The position numbers were made by a program, and so were the translations under genes. The notes below the pieces were generated by a model. It was not told the DNA's origin. It saw nothing but the letters and a program-made list of their open reading frames with translations, and did no database searches. Below are positions 13,861 through 26,817 of a stretch of DNA of 64,000 bases, in pieces; the first letter of the stretch is position 1; every line of letters starts with the position of its first letter. Origin of the DNA: Tubiluchus corallicola (taxonomy: Eukaryota > Animalia > Priapulida); NCBI GenBank assembly GCA_030141605.1, contig JAQGDQ010000030.1:851171-915170 (forward strand), written 5' to 3'.

Positions 13861-14837
13861 CTAGCATAACTTGGGAGCACTATGGCCATATTTGAATTTA
13901 AAAGGCCAGCTACGTTTAAACCTATTTTGTTCTTGATAAAAAAGGGGCACAGCCATTAATAATGTTGTTAGTGTGCATTTCATGTGATCTCCAACCTTAC
14001 CAAGCGCTAGGCGTTATTATCAAGCAACCAAGTAGTATCTTTGGTTCTTTGGAGGTATCATTTTTTGCGTACGTTATTTTTTGTTTTTTTGTCTTTGTCC
14101 TTTAAAATTAAGTACCTTAGCGTTATTGCTAATTGTTGTTGCAGTTACAATAGCACGAAGCTTCACTTTCATTGCCATCGATAAAACATACAAAAATATT
14201 GCCGTATATTTTGCATAACTACTAAAACATTTAACTTGTTACGTCAGACCAGATTCCTTACATGTAATTCATCAAGATGGAATTTTACAGCACGTGTTTC
14301 TAAATGCTAAAGTGTAATGGAAGAGATACAGCTGCATTTCCTCAGCAAAAAGTTGTGAGTGATACCCACGCCGATGTTTTGCAGACTTTATTAGGCAGAT
14401 TCAGGGTAAGCTATCTGCGCTATTAAGCTATCCATGTAGGCGTGAAAAGATGCAGCGTCCTAGTTAGTCTGCTTTTTGACCAGCAAAAGAACTGATAATG
14501 TGCAACCGTGACGTCAACTTATTTTCTGGTAAATTGTAACTTAGGATACTGAGTATAGACGAGAAACTTAGGGTGCAATAGATTAAATGCAATTATAATT
14601 AATGCTAGCACTGAAACAGTCAGAATCTTAAACCGAGAAATAAAACCAGACACCTGCCCTAGATATTCAACTCACATGTTCTAATTCCCCTTCACTATTC
14701 TTATGATTTTTTAAAAACAATTTTAGTTAAAATCAATCTACTAATTTTTATGTACCTCGAGAGAAACGAAATTAGCGAAATTGAAATACCTCCATTTTTA
14801 ATTCATTTTTAAAGAATAAACAATTTGCAAATGAGGG

Positions 14838-14840
<3 letters not shown>

Positions 14841-14918
<78 letters not shown>
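14841..14918. repeat. (GA)n microsatellite
   Basis: Perfect GA run. Confidence 0.98.
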
Positions 14919-14921
<3 letters not shown>

Positions 14922-15661
14922 AACGAAAACGAGAAGCATTTGCGTGATATAAGGAGTTAATCAAGGAGAAGCAGGATTATTGAGTTTTTGCTTCACTGGT
15001 TACTGGGCTTCACTGCGTGTTAAGTTACCGTGACGTAGCATGGCTTCCAGCATCAAACAGTCCCACTAAATACTCTCAAAGAAAAGTTTGTTTGTGCTGA
15101 CAAAAGAGCGGCTCCAGTGCTTCTTAAAGCCAGTCGCAATGAGCACCCTAATTACAACACCAACCGCATCGCTCTCTTTACGGCACAAGATTGTGGGCTC
15201 TAACCGTTCGTGTTGAAGAAAGCAGTGACAGGTTTGTATTTTTGGTTTGGAGACTCCCCGTCTGGGCTGTGGGTGTCCCGCAGGGTAACACGCGTCTTTG
15301 GATTCTGACATTCTGTCTTGTAAAATACACGAAGCTGAAGTGCGGGTACGCCATTTGTGCGCCAGACTTGCTCATTCGTTCGCTCTGCATTGTGTTGTCT
15401 ACGGCTAAACACCAACGATTTTTGTTTCTGATAAAGACTGAGAACGGAATTCATCGGTTCATTTGGTGATAACTATCCGCTGGCATTAGCCTAGAACTTA
15501 AACGCTGATCAGCAGTATCAGAGCCATATGGTTTCATGACATTGCAGTGTTGTTGACTGATAGATGTAAAATTTGGAGTTTTGATGTCAGTTTGCTAGCT
15601 AGATGATTGGGAATTAGCATTCAGCCATGCTGAAAGTAGCAAGGCCAGGATGTAACGTATC

Positions 15662-15783
15662 ATGGCACTGAGATTATCTTTCACTTTGTATCCAGGAAGA
15701 AGAGCTTCACTGAGCGGTCAGGAAGACGCAAGCAAGCCACTGACGTACGTCTTCAGACGTAGATCTGCCACTCCGCCTCCTAG
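15662..15783 (+). CDS. Candidate alternative first coding exon B of the PDZ-ZM gene
   Basis: ATG in strong context (ATCATGG); MALRLSFTLYPGRRASLSGQEDASKPLTYVFRRRSATPPP(R); 122 nt, phase 2. The donor AG|GTTCAT is weak, and there is an acceptor-like CAG at 15693-15695 inside it. Confidence 0.4.
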
Positions 15784-16704
15784 GTTCATATAGTTGTATA
15801 TTAATAATATAGGTGTGAATTGTAATGCATGGAATTTGTAATTGCTAAAATTAATGTTTGTCATTACTTTGGTGTTTATGTTTATTACTAAGTCACTTTT
15901 AAAAGGATTTTTGTACTCAGTGGGCAGAATTGAGTTAAATCAGAATCACATTGGCGTTTATATTTTTGACTGAGTTACGTTAAAAGGGTTTTTCTGCTCA
16001 AAGGACAAAATTCAGTTAGACCGGAAACAGCTTCAGAAAAACTGGTGCTAAACCAAATTTTGTACCTGGCTTTGAACTTGGTGTCCTAAGTATCTGTCTA
16101 TTTGTAGTTGCCAACATTATTGCGCCAAATATCTGCTGCACTTGTGTTTATGAATAGATGAATAGATGAAAGGCTGAAAAGATGAATAGAAATGAACAGG
16201 ATTTGAACTTTTTGAATACAGTCTCGAGATCTTAATCATTAGATTTATTAATTACAAACACGACAATAATGTATTGCAAATAACATTAGTGCATAGAAGA
16301 ATGACAATTATTAGATTGACAGGAAAAATTGAGCCATCTGAGGAATTTAAACCGGGGTGCTGTGTTTGCTGGCCAGAGCTTCATCTTATCTCACTATTGT
16401 CTTTTCTTCACTGGTTCAGCAATGTAGATGTGGTATCTGTAATCGAAGTTTGCAAGTTATTTGCTAGCTCCTTTAATTAAGTTTGCAGGTTAAATACCGG
16501 GTAAATTTATACACTCAGGGGTTGTGACTACTAAAATAAACAAGAACGAGCATCAGCTAATAAAGATGTAAAGTTATTCGAGCATATCGGATAAAACAAG
16601 ATTTCGCTTTTATCTTTATTTATTCAGTGTACGGGTTCACTGATTCATTTGTACCTGATTCTAATTGTTTTGAAATAATAATGTTGGTTTCTTTTCAATT
16701 TCAG

Positions 16705-16871
16705 AGGAGCAGGGCCACAACCGAACACAAACAAAATTTCTCCCAGCTATCAAAGTCAGCAGTCCAATAAAGAAGCACCGAAACGACACGTAACACAAGT
16801 AACAATTCCAGCAAGAAACCAAGAAATGTCCAAGTATAATCCGCAACCAGTTCCACATCCCTTTTATCAAG
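16705..16871 (+). CDS. PDZ-ZM gene exon
   Basis: TTTCAG acceptor, GTAAGA donor; GAGPQPNTNKISPSYQ...SKYNPQPVPHPFYQ(G); phase 2 to 1. Confidence 0.88.
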
Positions 16872-17225
16872 GTAAGAAAAATGGATCAAATATCAGCCAA
16901 CAAGTCTTACACGAGCTTCTTGTGTTTTACGCGTAGCATAGTTAAAGTGTTAACTAATAAGATTGTTGTACATCGCGATGTAGATAATCGATCAAAGCCA
17001 AAAAACAAAGCAATAGTTGAGAACTGTACAAGTATAAGGTTTCATGATGGCTTTATAAGATGTGCTTTGTATTTGAATAAGCACCACTGCCAAAGCTAAG
17101 CACTGTTGGAAAAGATTGTTTGCTACCAAATGTGCTTAAAGTGTTTTGAAAAATGGCCATTGAACCCTTCAAGAATTGTAGTTGCGAATCCAGTTGATTT
17201 GAAAAAAAATCCCGCTTATTTTTAG

Positions 17226-17352
17226 GTGATAAACCAAGATATCAGGTTGCACAGCAACAACCACAAAGACAAATGCAACCTCAACAGTCATTTGAAGAAA
17301 AGTATCAGCCCAGGCCAGTAGCCCATCCATTTTACCAAGGAGAAACGCCCAG
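17226..17352 (+). CDS. PDZ-ZM gene exon
   Basis: TTTAG / GTAAAT; DKPRYQVAQQQPQRQMQPQQSFEEKYQPRPVAHPFYQGETP(R); phase 1 to 2. Confidence 0.9.
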
Positions 17353-17886
17353 GTAAATGCTGGCAAATGCTTTCAACTATAATGTTTTTTTAATTTTTCA
17401 TTGTTTCGCAATTGTTTTCAACACATGTTAACACTTCCCAGAGGGTGGTGTTGTCTCCACTACGATAATATAAATTTAAACCTAAATCAGTTCATGTTAT
17501 TTTGACCCGAAAAACTTTTGATACCAACGAGATAAAATTAACATGCAAAGAACATTTCGTTCTTTCTCTGTGAAGTCATGTCTTTGCTGTAAAGTCTGCA
17601 ATACTGATGGTGTCATGTAGCTTAAGGCCGTAAGATGTTCCCAATAATCTCATCAGTACTAACTTCAATTAACAAAGGACAATTAGATGTAAAATTCAAG
17701 CAAACAGTGACCTGCCAGACTTACTGAAGTGTGGTTTATGTGTGGTTTTCCATGTTTGTTTTAACATAATTCTTCAGTAATTGTAAAGTCTGGCGAAACA
17801 GCAAAACTCGCAGATATTTATAGCGTTATTCAGCATAGGAAACAATACAAAGTGATAACCTACTCTTAATATGTTAATTAAAATAG

Positions 17887-18913
17887 GTATCAAGTGGCTC
17901 AGCAGCAGCCTAGGCAACAAAGTTCATCATCATTTGAAGACAGATACAAGCCTAAACCTGTGTCACATCCATTTTACCAAGGCGAAACACCACGATACCA
18001 AGTCCCTCAACATCAGCAGGAGCCGATTCCACAGCCGGCTGTAGCTCACCATGTAGGACCTACCACGCCGCAATCAAGCTACACAAGACAGCCGAGTTTA
18101 CAGCATCAAAGCTCGCTAGATAGACAACAAAATTACAGGCCGCAACCAAGTTATGAGCAATCTAGTCCACATGTGGTGTCAGCAACTCAGGTGAAGTTGA
18201 CACCAAGCAATCCTCCATCTAGTCAATTTCAGCAAACACAGCCGAAAATGCCTACCTATCATCATACGGATGAACTGTCATCACCTCAAAACCAGCAATC
18301 TTCGGGAACTAATCAAAGCTCTCCCAAACCGTTCACGCAAAATTTTTCTGGTGCTCCAAAGCCCTTTACACCCGGGCAACCCCATGCTTATGGTACCCCA
18401 CCTCATCCTGGTCACAGCACCAGTTCACAACAGTATACACCTACGTCATATCAGGCCAGCTCTCAACCATCATATCAACATTCTTCCTACCAACCACAGT
18501 CTTACCAACCAAGTACACCACAAACTTATCACCCCAACACACCCCAGTCCTATCAGCCAGCTACACCACAGTCCACGTCACAGGCTTATCAACCTTCTAC
18601 ACCACAGTCCTATCAACCTGCTACACCACAGGCTTATCAGCCAAGTACACCACAGAATTATCAGCCAAGTTCGCCACAGACTTACCAACCTCAAGACTAT
18701 AATCAACAGATGTATCAGCCTACCAGCTACACTGCTAACACACCCACTAGTTACCAGAATGGACAACCTAACTTTGTACGCCAGTCATCGCAGGGATGGG
18801 AACCACAACCAGATGGAATGGTGTCGCAACCACCACCACCTGCAGCTGCGCCACCTCCTCCACCACCACCACCACCCGGCCAGATTCCTGCCAAGAACTG
18901 GAGGCGAGATTCA
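17887..18913 (+). CDS. PDZ-ZM gene large Q/P/S/T/Y-rich exon
   Basis: ATAG acceptor, GTAAGT donor; matches ORF 17894-18952; contains YQPxTPQ repeats and a polyproline tract; phase 2 to 0. Confidence 0.92.
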
Positions 18914-19490
18914 GTAAGTATGACCTTCACAAGTGCTTGCTGTTCCTTATGACCGTGAAAAGCGTCTCTACTAAGGATTAAATAACAAGTAAACAAAGTA
19001 AACCAGATGCACAGCTCGAATTTGACAATTAGCTTAAAATTTTATAAAAAAAAGTTACTTTAAACACATATCGTTAGTGTCAGAACGTAATTAATGTCAC
19101 AGGATCAAAACGCGGTCACTCTGGTTGTGACACATACGATACTACAACTAGTAGTTGCAGGAAAAACATTAGCTGTAATCAGTTACTAAGCATCATTGCA
19201 CTGGAATACTTAAACGGGGAGAAAAAAGTATTTTGAGTATGAAAAAATTTCTCAAAAAATTCCATTCAAACTTATACTATTTAGCATTAAGCTTACATCT
19301 TCGAAAAGACGTAACTGAAAAAGAGAATTCTTAAGAATTTAAAATTTTCACACCTGCCAATAAAACGTTACTGTTTGTGTATGTATTTTATGTAATTTAT
19401 GACCTAGCTGTCGAAATAAATAATCTAATCTAATCTAATTTTTCACTATACTCGTGTGCATAAAAAACCGCCACTGACACACCAAAAATA

Positions 19491-19492
19491 TA

Positions 19493-19537
<45 letters not shown>

Positions 19538-19558
19538 CTATTATTATTATTATTATTA
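19491..19558. repeat. (ATT)n microsatellite
   Basis: Visible ATT/ATC run. Confidence 0.95.
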
Positions 19559-21120
19559 GTGACAAAGATAAAGTAATTGATACTTTTGTTTATTTAGCGA
19601 AGTGTGCGCTACAAATGCTCTCAATATTGTTTGTTTCGATTTTGGCGTAATGAATTCTGTTTTCTTATCCTTTAACAAGATCCTCTATGGCATTAGATAG
19701 CCAAAATCTTTGATTGTCATCATGCTATATAATGCCGTAATATATGAATCATATAAGCTGATCAGAATGCCGCGGGAAATTGACAGATGTAAAATGCCCG
19801 TAGTTACGTTAATGGTGTAAATAGCAATAAGTAGCCCGTTTATCGGTTTATGTTCATCTGTGAAAAATATCGAAACACGAAGCAAACTTTTGTCTGGAAC
19901 ACTGCTCCGAAAACAAGGACTGGCTTTTAAAGCGCCGAAGGAAACATTTGCAGAATGCTCAGATACTAACTGCTGCCTTTGCTAGCGTGTTTAGAATTTT
20001 GCATATTTTATAGGCTAACTTATTTACAGGTATTTTGTTAGACCAAAGTAAAGCTAATGCGTTTAGCGGGACTATTAGTCAACCATATTTTAAATAGACG
20101 AAGAAAAATTTTTACGTTTTAGTTGTATCAATATCAACTAATATTCCCAAATGTTACCTTTGTTTAAGGTTGCTCTTAATTGCTCTAATCTGTCTTAATT
20201 GCTCATATTGTTGAGCGTGCGCATTCTCCTGCATTTTTGCAGAGAATTTTAAATATCTTACTGTGAATATGGACTGCCTAGGTGTGTCCATATTCATACA
20301 CCTAACAACGTATAATAATACCAGAAGCGAGTTGGTACGCTATCACATGATACTCCAGCAAATCAGTAGTACACAGAAGCTGTCTTTCCTTGTTAGCTCC
20401 TGGCCAAAGTATTTTTAGATTGCTGAGATGTGCCAGATTCATACATTTTCTTTGGGGAAGCTCTCAATATTTAACCGTTTATCCATGCTCTAATGGAGCA
20501 AGTTTCTAAAAGGAAGATTATAGTGCACGATCTCCGTTTTAGAACGTTGCTGCATATGCATTTTTTCGATGACTTTTTTAATTTCTGTGTTTCGTTAACA
20601 TATAATTATTATGTAACTGAGTCTTGCATATTTTCTTTAAGAAATGGCAATGTGCATTTTGGCTTCATTTTTTCCAGAAAAAATCTAAATAATAAAGTAG
20701 GTTAGAGTTAACAGTCATGCTTTCTTAATTATTCATTTGTTCATTTCAAAACTAAGCATTTTAAATGGAAAATATTATTAATGAATTAAGTGCGCAGTGA
20801 TGAATATTAAAATAGAAAATTACGACTCATATCTGGTTGCTAGCAATCATTTTGGGCACATGGTATGTTTGCAAAATTGCGCTTGCTTGATGAGTGTTAA
20901 GTCATAGCCAAAAAAGACAAAACTAGAAAATCCGCAAAGAAATTACCGCTGTGGGCTAATTTTCTATTTATACACAAATTAGCAAATTCTCTAGGATTTG
21001 TCAATGCTTAGGTGGACTTGAAGGGATATTTATTTTCAGAAAAAACTGTCGTTTGTTTTGTACAGACCCGGTAAATGCTATGAGTGAAAAGGATGAATAT
21101 TTGATACTTTGATTTTGTAG

Positions 21121-21674
21121 GCAGAAGAATCGGGATTATCCGGAGCACGAAAACCGTATGACCCATCACAAGACTCTGGAAAAGAAGGCCAGGGTAAACC
21201 ATTTGCTTATATACAACCTGGGCAACTTCCTGACGCTCTTCAGAGAACAGCTTCAAGCCAGCCTACTAAGAAGCCATTTACCTACACTCCTGGTGGCCTT
21301 GATCTTAGCCATGTCAATCGAAGTCCTGGACGAGTACGGCGAGGTCAGGACAATATGCCCGTCATGTCTCCGTCCCAGAGGATGTTAGCAAAATCAACCG
21401 GAGCTGCTCCCACTGGGCCCTCAAGTGTGGCGCAGCGTGGCCGCAGCCCGAGCCCACGTCGACGTCCAGCGGTGACCATCCCACCACCCGCAGTACAGAA
21501 TCAACCAATGCAGAGCGGTAGTTACACGCCTGGCGGCACTCCATGTTCTCCTGGCCCGGGCGTGGCTACGGTTAAACATGCCCAATTCAATTCACCCTTG
21601 AATTTGTATTCAGCAGACAATGTGGAGGAGGCATTTGTTGGGCAGACACAGGGAGTCGTTACGGGCGTGCATGG
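21121..21674 (+). CDS. PDZ-ZM gene exon containing the Zasp-like motif (ZM)
   Basis: TTTGTAG / GTGAGA; contains KKPFTYTPGGLDLSHV and VKHAQFNSPLNLYSADNVEEAF (ZM consensus H.QYN.P..LYS..N); phase 0 to 2. Confidence 0.92.
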
Positions 21675-23939
21675 GTGAGATATATTTTTTAGATATTTTA
21701 TTAGCTATGTTTTTAAAGCAAGCAATATCCTATTTTCATCTGTCTAATAAAGTTCAATGCAGCCATGTACCACCAATGTTTGGATGACATTGTCACGAGT
21801 TTGCAGTATAGGACTCAAGTAACAATACTTTGTCATCGAGCATTTTAGGCTTTTGCGCATCTTTACAATAATTTTGTTTGGTTGTAGCGCAGTTTCAGTA
21901 AACTATTCAAATTCAAATTAAGAGGTGGTACCAATATTTTTGTAGAAGCTTCTCGACATTAGTCTGCTCCACAAGCTAAAAGTAACTATTTATTATTTGA
22001 ATTTAAATTTATTACTTCAGAAAAACCCAAGCCAATGATAAACTAAATACTTTATTATCATATTACATTTCTAAAAAAGAGACACAGTGTTCATTATAAT
22101 ATAGCTGCTTGTTTGTTTGTTTGTGTTTCCATCTTTCTGTCCAGCTTGTCCGTCCACCCGTTCTTTCATTCGTTTGTTTGTTATAATATAAGAATAATGT
22201 AAACAATATAAGAACTGTTTACGTTTATTTCGCTCATTTATATTGTCTTTCGTGTCTAATAAACTTTTTTCTATATTTAAATAAAATTGATGCAGGATTA
22301 GAGGAGCGAGACCTGATCATGATTACCGAGGCGGAGGCGTTCCCACGCCTGAGAGGTTTGAAATGCTGTAGAAAAATAGACTTCCCAAATGTAGTTGCGA
22401 TTGATGATCTTGCCTTAGATGGCTTAGCGCGTTTTCTACTAATCAAACGTGCACAAACCTTAATATTATTACAAACATATTACAAGTTTACGCAAATGCT
22501 TGCTTTCTAGCAGAAACTCACTCGAAATCATTGTCTATTGAACGATTAACAAGATCTTATCTTTCCGAATTTTGATTATCGAAGTGTGAACTTCTGAAAA
22601 AAAATTTCTTCGCAACTGCAAATTGTCTCAGTAATGACGTCAACATATATTTTTACGCGCACGTGTTAAAATTTAAAGCCGTCTCACTCAGATTCCTGGC
22701 ATGGCTTACAAAAATCGAAACGTATAGGCAACGGTTTGGTGGAGCTCACGTATTAGCGCAAGAAGTTAGTTGCATTTTATTTGCACTAGTCCATTTTAGT
22801 TTTTGGTGTTGCCCGAATTCTCTAAAAAATTTATTTCAAGCATAGAGCTTGACACTCTTTAGACGCTGTGCTTAGAGATCATTCATACTTTTGGTTATAA
22901 ACTCAACCCGCTGAACAAAGCATCATTAGGGATTAACTTATATTATAATCTATAACTACAAGTATTCAAAAATGACTGTTATGCATAGTGTAAATAATAA
23001 CAATAAATTTTAAGGCAAAGTATCAATAGTATCATTGTTGCATGGCATTTTCAGCGTAAATTCCATAGATGCTTTTTACTTGATTCTGTTTATTTAAAAA
23101 TTACTATTAAAATTAGAACTGTTCTGTAATAAGTGAAAGCAAACGTTTAAGCTACAGTAGGTTATGCAGTAGTCATTCATAATGCTAATTTTTGGGATTT
23201 GGTTTTTGTGATTTTTTATAGTACTAAAAAAATTACTACCACAATCAATTTACGGCGGAATACCATGCAGTAATAAAGCTATTTTTTCCTAGATTTATCA
23301 CATAGATTTGTAACGATAATGTAGTATACAGTAGCTTCAGCATCTGTACAACTGCGTGATTAATAGCAACAGTAACTGTTATTAACGAGCACTGATTCAT
23401 GCACTCAACTTGCGTTTAATTTGCACCAAACTTTCACACCTGCACTGGATTAACCCGCCCATCCTGGAATAGCTGAAACTTAAATTTTTTTAAATAAGTA
23501 AAAGTACTTTTAATGTAAGTTATACATTAATAACTGTTCAAATAAAATTATTGACACCGAAATTCGGATTTTGTACATTATTGTTTGAATTGAAGCACTT
23601 GTCTCTTTTTTGTATAAGTAATTTTATTACTTAAAACTGTATACTGTTAATGTCTTATTAGTTCTTTCACGTAACCTCTGTAAAGGCTTTCTGGACTGTG
23701 CACTCTTGCTAAAGTGAGTGGATCAGGCCTGTTGACCAAAGATTTGTGTTTAATGCGATAATTATGCCTTTTATTTCAAATGTAAAATATCGCTTCAGAG
23801 CTCCGTGTCATCTGGACCAAATCGACCAAAAAAGGCTGCCAGTAGCGAAATTTGCCATTAAACTGAGTGTCCAAATAACTTTTTGATAGAATAATTTAAT
23901 TGATAATTATTTGGTGCACATTTTGTTACTACTTTTAGT

Positions 23940-24270
23940 CACACTTGTTTTTCTCTGTTTTTATTTTTCTCTTCTCTTCTCTTCTTCTTGCCTCTCACAT
24001 TTTCTTTCTAATTCTTTGCTCATTGCAACTCTCCTTTCATTTCATTTCCTCTTGTCCCTTTTCTTCTTCTCACTTCTTCTCTCCTTTCTCGTTTTCATAC
24101 TATTTTGCCCTTTCTTCTCTCCTCTCTATCTTCTCCCTTCTCTTCTCTTTTACTTCAGTACATTTCGTCTTTTCTTTCTTTTCTTTCGCTTCTCTTTCCT
24201 CTTCGTCGCCTTCCATTTCTTTTTCCTGTCTCCAGGCTTTCTCTCTTCTCAGTCTCTTGCTCTACACTCT
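23940..24270. repeat. Pyrimidine-rich (C/T) low-complexity intronic tract
   Basis: Almost only C/T; gives spurious Phe/Leu/Ser ORFs. Confidence 0.9.
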
Positions 24271-24855
24271 CAACTACTATCAAATAACAAATGTCAAAAA
24301 ACTTTTAGAAATCTCACGCAAAAGTTGGTTTTATATTATGTCTTGGTATCTGACTTATTTACATAGCTATGTAAAAAGTTTCTTGTGTGGTACAACATCT
24401 TTCTACATATTTCAGATCTTCGAAGTGTTTAACGTAAAAGATAGTAGATGAAAATACACGATAGTATATTTTAATAAAACAATTAAAACAATTTCACATT
24501 CCACACTTACGGGTAAGTTAGCAGCACATTTTTTAAACGTTTGTTTTTAGGATTTTACAAAAGTCGGCGAACACCTCTTACACTCGATCACTTTTTGAAC
24601 ACCTTTTTAGTGGAATTTCAGCGTACCTCCCATTTTAATCTTCTTGTCACCCATCCCGAGGGGCCCAGCTGACTTTCAAAAAATATGAAGTTAACTGTCC
24701 GTCTGGGCGACCTTTTTGGTTGAACTTTTTGACCAATTGACCCGGAGCACTAAAACGACATAATTTAGTCAAATTACTACATTAAAAGCAAGCGGATCCG
24801 TAAAGAAAACATAATCTATAGTACAGTCTTAATTAAAAGTATTATTGTGTTTCAG

Positions 24856-24952
24856 TTTAAAAAAGGATAAACCACAGTTAGATATCAGCAAATCGAAAAC
24901 GTTAAAAATGCTACAGGAAATGGAAAGTAAACCAAATAGGCCAACATATCAG
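24856..24952 (+). CDS. PDZ-ZM gene exon
   Basis: TTTCAG / GTTAGT; LKKDKPQLDISKSKTLKMLQEMESKPNRPTYQ, similar to the post-ZM S..YKMLQE segment of PDLIM proteins; phase 2 to 0. Confidence 0.85.
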
Positions 24953-25283
24953 GTTAGTAGGCAATACACATTACATTTAATTATTTAGTCCTTAATTAAA
25001 TTGTTGTCAATAAAGACTAAGTAAGTTAACAGCAACATTAAAATCATCATTTCCACAAAGATACAATGACGATGACAACAGTAGTATACTGCAAAATATT
25101 GTTATTTAAAGGCGATAATATGTTATTTAATTGACTGAACTATATTACGACATTACACGGTTCACAATGTTTTATTCCATTTTTTCGGACAATGTTGTAT
25201 AAGCCTTCACAGTTCAAACATTACAAGTAAAAGCGAAACGAATTAAAACGAATTAACGAATTCCTGTCTTGCTTTCATTGCAG

Positions 25284-25449
25284 CCAATGCAGTACCACCC
25301 ACAGCCAGCCGCTGAGCCAGAACTGCAACATCAACAGGAGACTCCCCGTTACATCGGTCATACAGACCCGAGTGTGCAAAGCAAATCATTTAAACTACTC
25401 CAGATGATGACAGATCAGGCTGGAGAGAAGGAAGTTGATGATGATGAAC
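25284..25449 (+). CDS. PDZ-ZM gene exon
   Basis: TTGCAG / GTAAGT; ...RYIGHTDPSVQSKSFKLLQMMTD...; phase 0 to 1. Confidence 0.88.
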
Positions 25450-25588
25450 GTAAGTATTTCAATATCCTTACTATTTGTTAAGCACGATGTGATACAGCCA
25501 TAGGATACGGTAGCCAATAAGCAGTGCCACCTATTAAGAGAGGGTTCAAGCGTTTCTAAAAAGCTTGTCTTGTTTTTCTGCTTTCTAG

Positions 25589-25723
25589 GAATGAAACAAG
25601 AACGTCTGATGCGAAAGCAACAAGAAGAAGAAGACGAAAAAAGCTTCAGCGGGTTACGGAAAAATCCATCCCTTTCAATGAGGATATTGGAGCAGTCATT
25701 ACCTTCGGAAAGTGAACAGCAAA
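25589..25723 (+). CDS. PDZ-ZM gene exon (symmetric phase 1-1)
   Basis: TTCTAG / GTAAGT; MKQERLMRKQQEEEDEKSFSGLRKNPSLSMRILEQSLPSESEQQ; 135 nt. Confidence 0.85.
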
Positions 25724-26232
25724 GTAAGTTCGTTGTCAACAGAAATGCAGAAATGGCAAAGAGAACAGGCTTAAAACGGTTCCTGTCCAAAACAGAGTGT
25801 TAAGAACGAAGATAAAAAACAAGAAAAGCGATTAAAATTTCGGAAAAATTCTGGAGCCATGGAACCAGATAATCAGACTCCCAGCCCCTAGAATTCACAG
25901 GCTGTCAAATCCTATATGAGCTAAGCTGGGTGCTAACAGTAATCCTATAGTCTGGTTATCGCTATAGGACAAAAAAACTTGTGTGGCCTTACTGAAACAA
26001 AAAAATGTGTGGTACTGAAGTGCAGAAATGAAAAAGTGTTAAGATAAAATCTGTTAAGATAAAATCCTGACAAGAACAAAATATTGAACAGGTAGCTTGT
26101 GTTTCCCTATTTACGATAATTGTCTGCAGCAATTGATATCACTTATACAGTTTTTTTTGTAATCTTAAGAGAGTCCATTTCCCTCTTTAAATCAATTTCT
26201 CAAATTGTCTAACAAAAGTTATGTTGTTTTAG

Positions 26233-26367
26233 ATTATATTCAACAGCAGGAACCAGAAGAAAAAGACGTTCGCTATAAGGGAACTACAATACCTTCCCGA
26301 TCGTTCAAACTATTGCAAGAGATGACAGGCGGACCAGTTGAGAGTGACACACTGATGCCTAGTCATC
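26233..26367 (+). CDS. PDZ-ZM gene exon (symmetric phase 1-1)
   Basis: TTTTAG / GTAAGT; YIQQQEPEEKDVRYKGTTIPSRSFKLLQEMTGGPVESDTLMPSH; 135 nt. Confidence 0.88.
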
Positions 26368-26670
26368 GTAAGTAAATCTAATAAGAAAGGTTTATGTAGT
26401 TGATACGGTCTACACTGCAGAAGGAATTGTTGTCGATAATTCTGCAATTCTCTTCGTGTTTTGCATATAAATAGTTCTTGATTTTATACTAGGTCTGCGC
26501 ACGAAATTATATTTTTTATCATTTCAGAGAATATAAGCAGAAATGTGTTATTGTAATATAAACCGGATTTGCTTTTGCAAGTGGTTTTAATGAAATATTT
26601 GGTGTTTTTATAGATTGTAGCTCCTGTGCCCATTCCCAAGAAAAATGCATTTAATTATTTACCTTTACAG

Positions 26671-26817
26671 CAAAACAAGAAGAACCTCCCACACCCGAGC
26701 ATCCCCATGGTCCCCCAAGTGAACTTCCTCACGAAGCTGAGCCAAGAAAGTACAGTGGCGCAGCCATACCTAGCAGAGCGTTCAAGTTTCTTCAGGAAAT
26801 AACTTCAGATGAGCATA
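26671..26817 (+). CDS. PDZ-ZM gene exon (symmetric phase 1-1)
   Basis: TTACAG / GTATGT; ...EAEPRKYSGAAIPSRAFKFLQEITSDEH; 147 nt. Confidence 0.88.

Noticed and set aside
15066-15469. Cluster of overlapping short ORFs in CpG-richer DNA
   Set aside because: No recognisable protein; more likely promoter or 5' UTR sequence ahead of candidate exon B.
18270-18996. Alternative-frame and antisense ORFs (215 aa His-rich and others)
   Set aside because: Shadows of the repetitive real exon 17887-18913.
23911-24451. 151-aa and 168-aa hydrophobic ORFs
   Set aside because: Pyrimidine-rich low-complexity sequence inside an intron.
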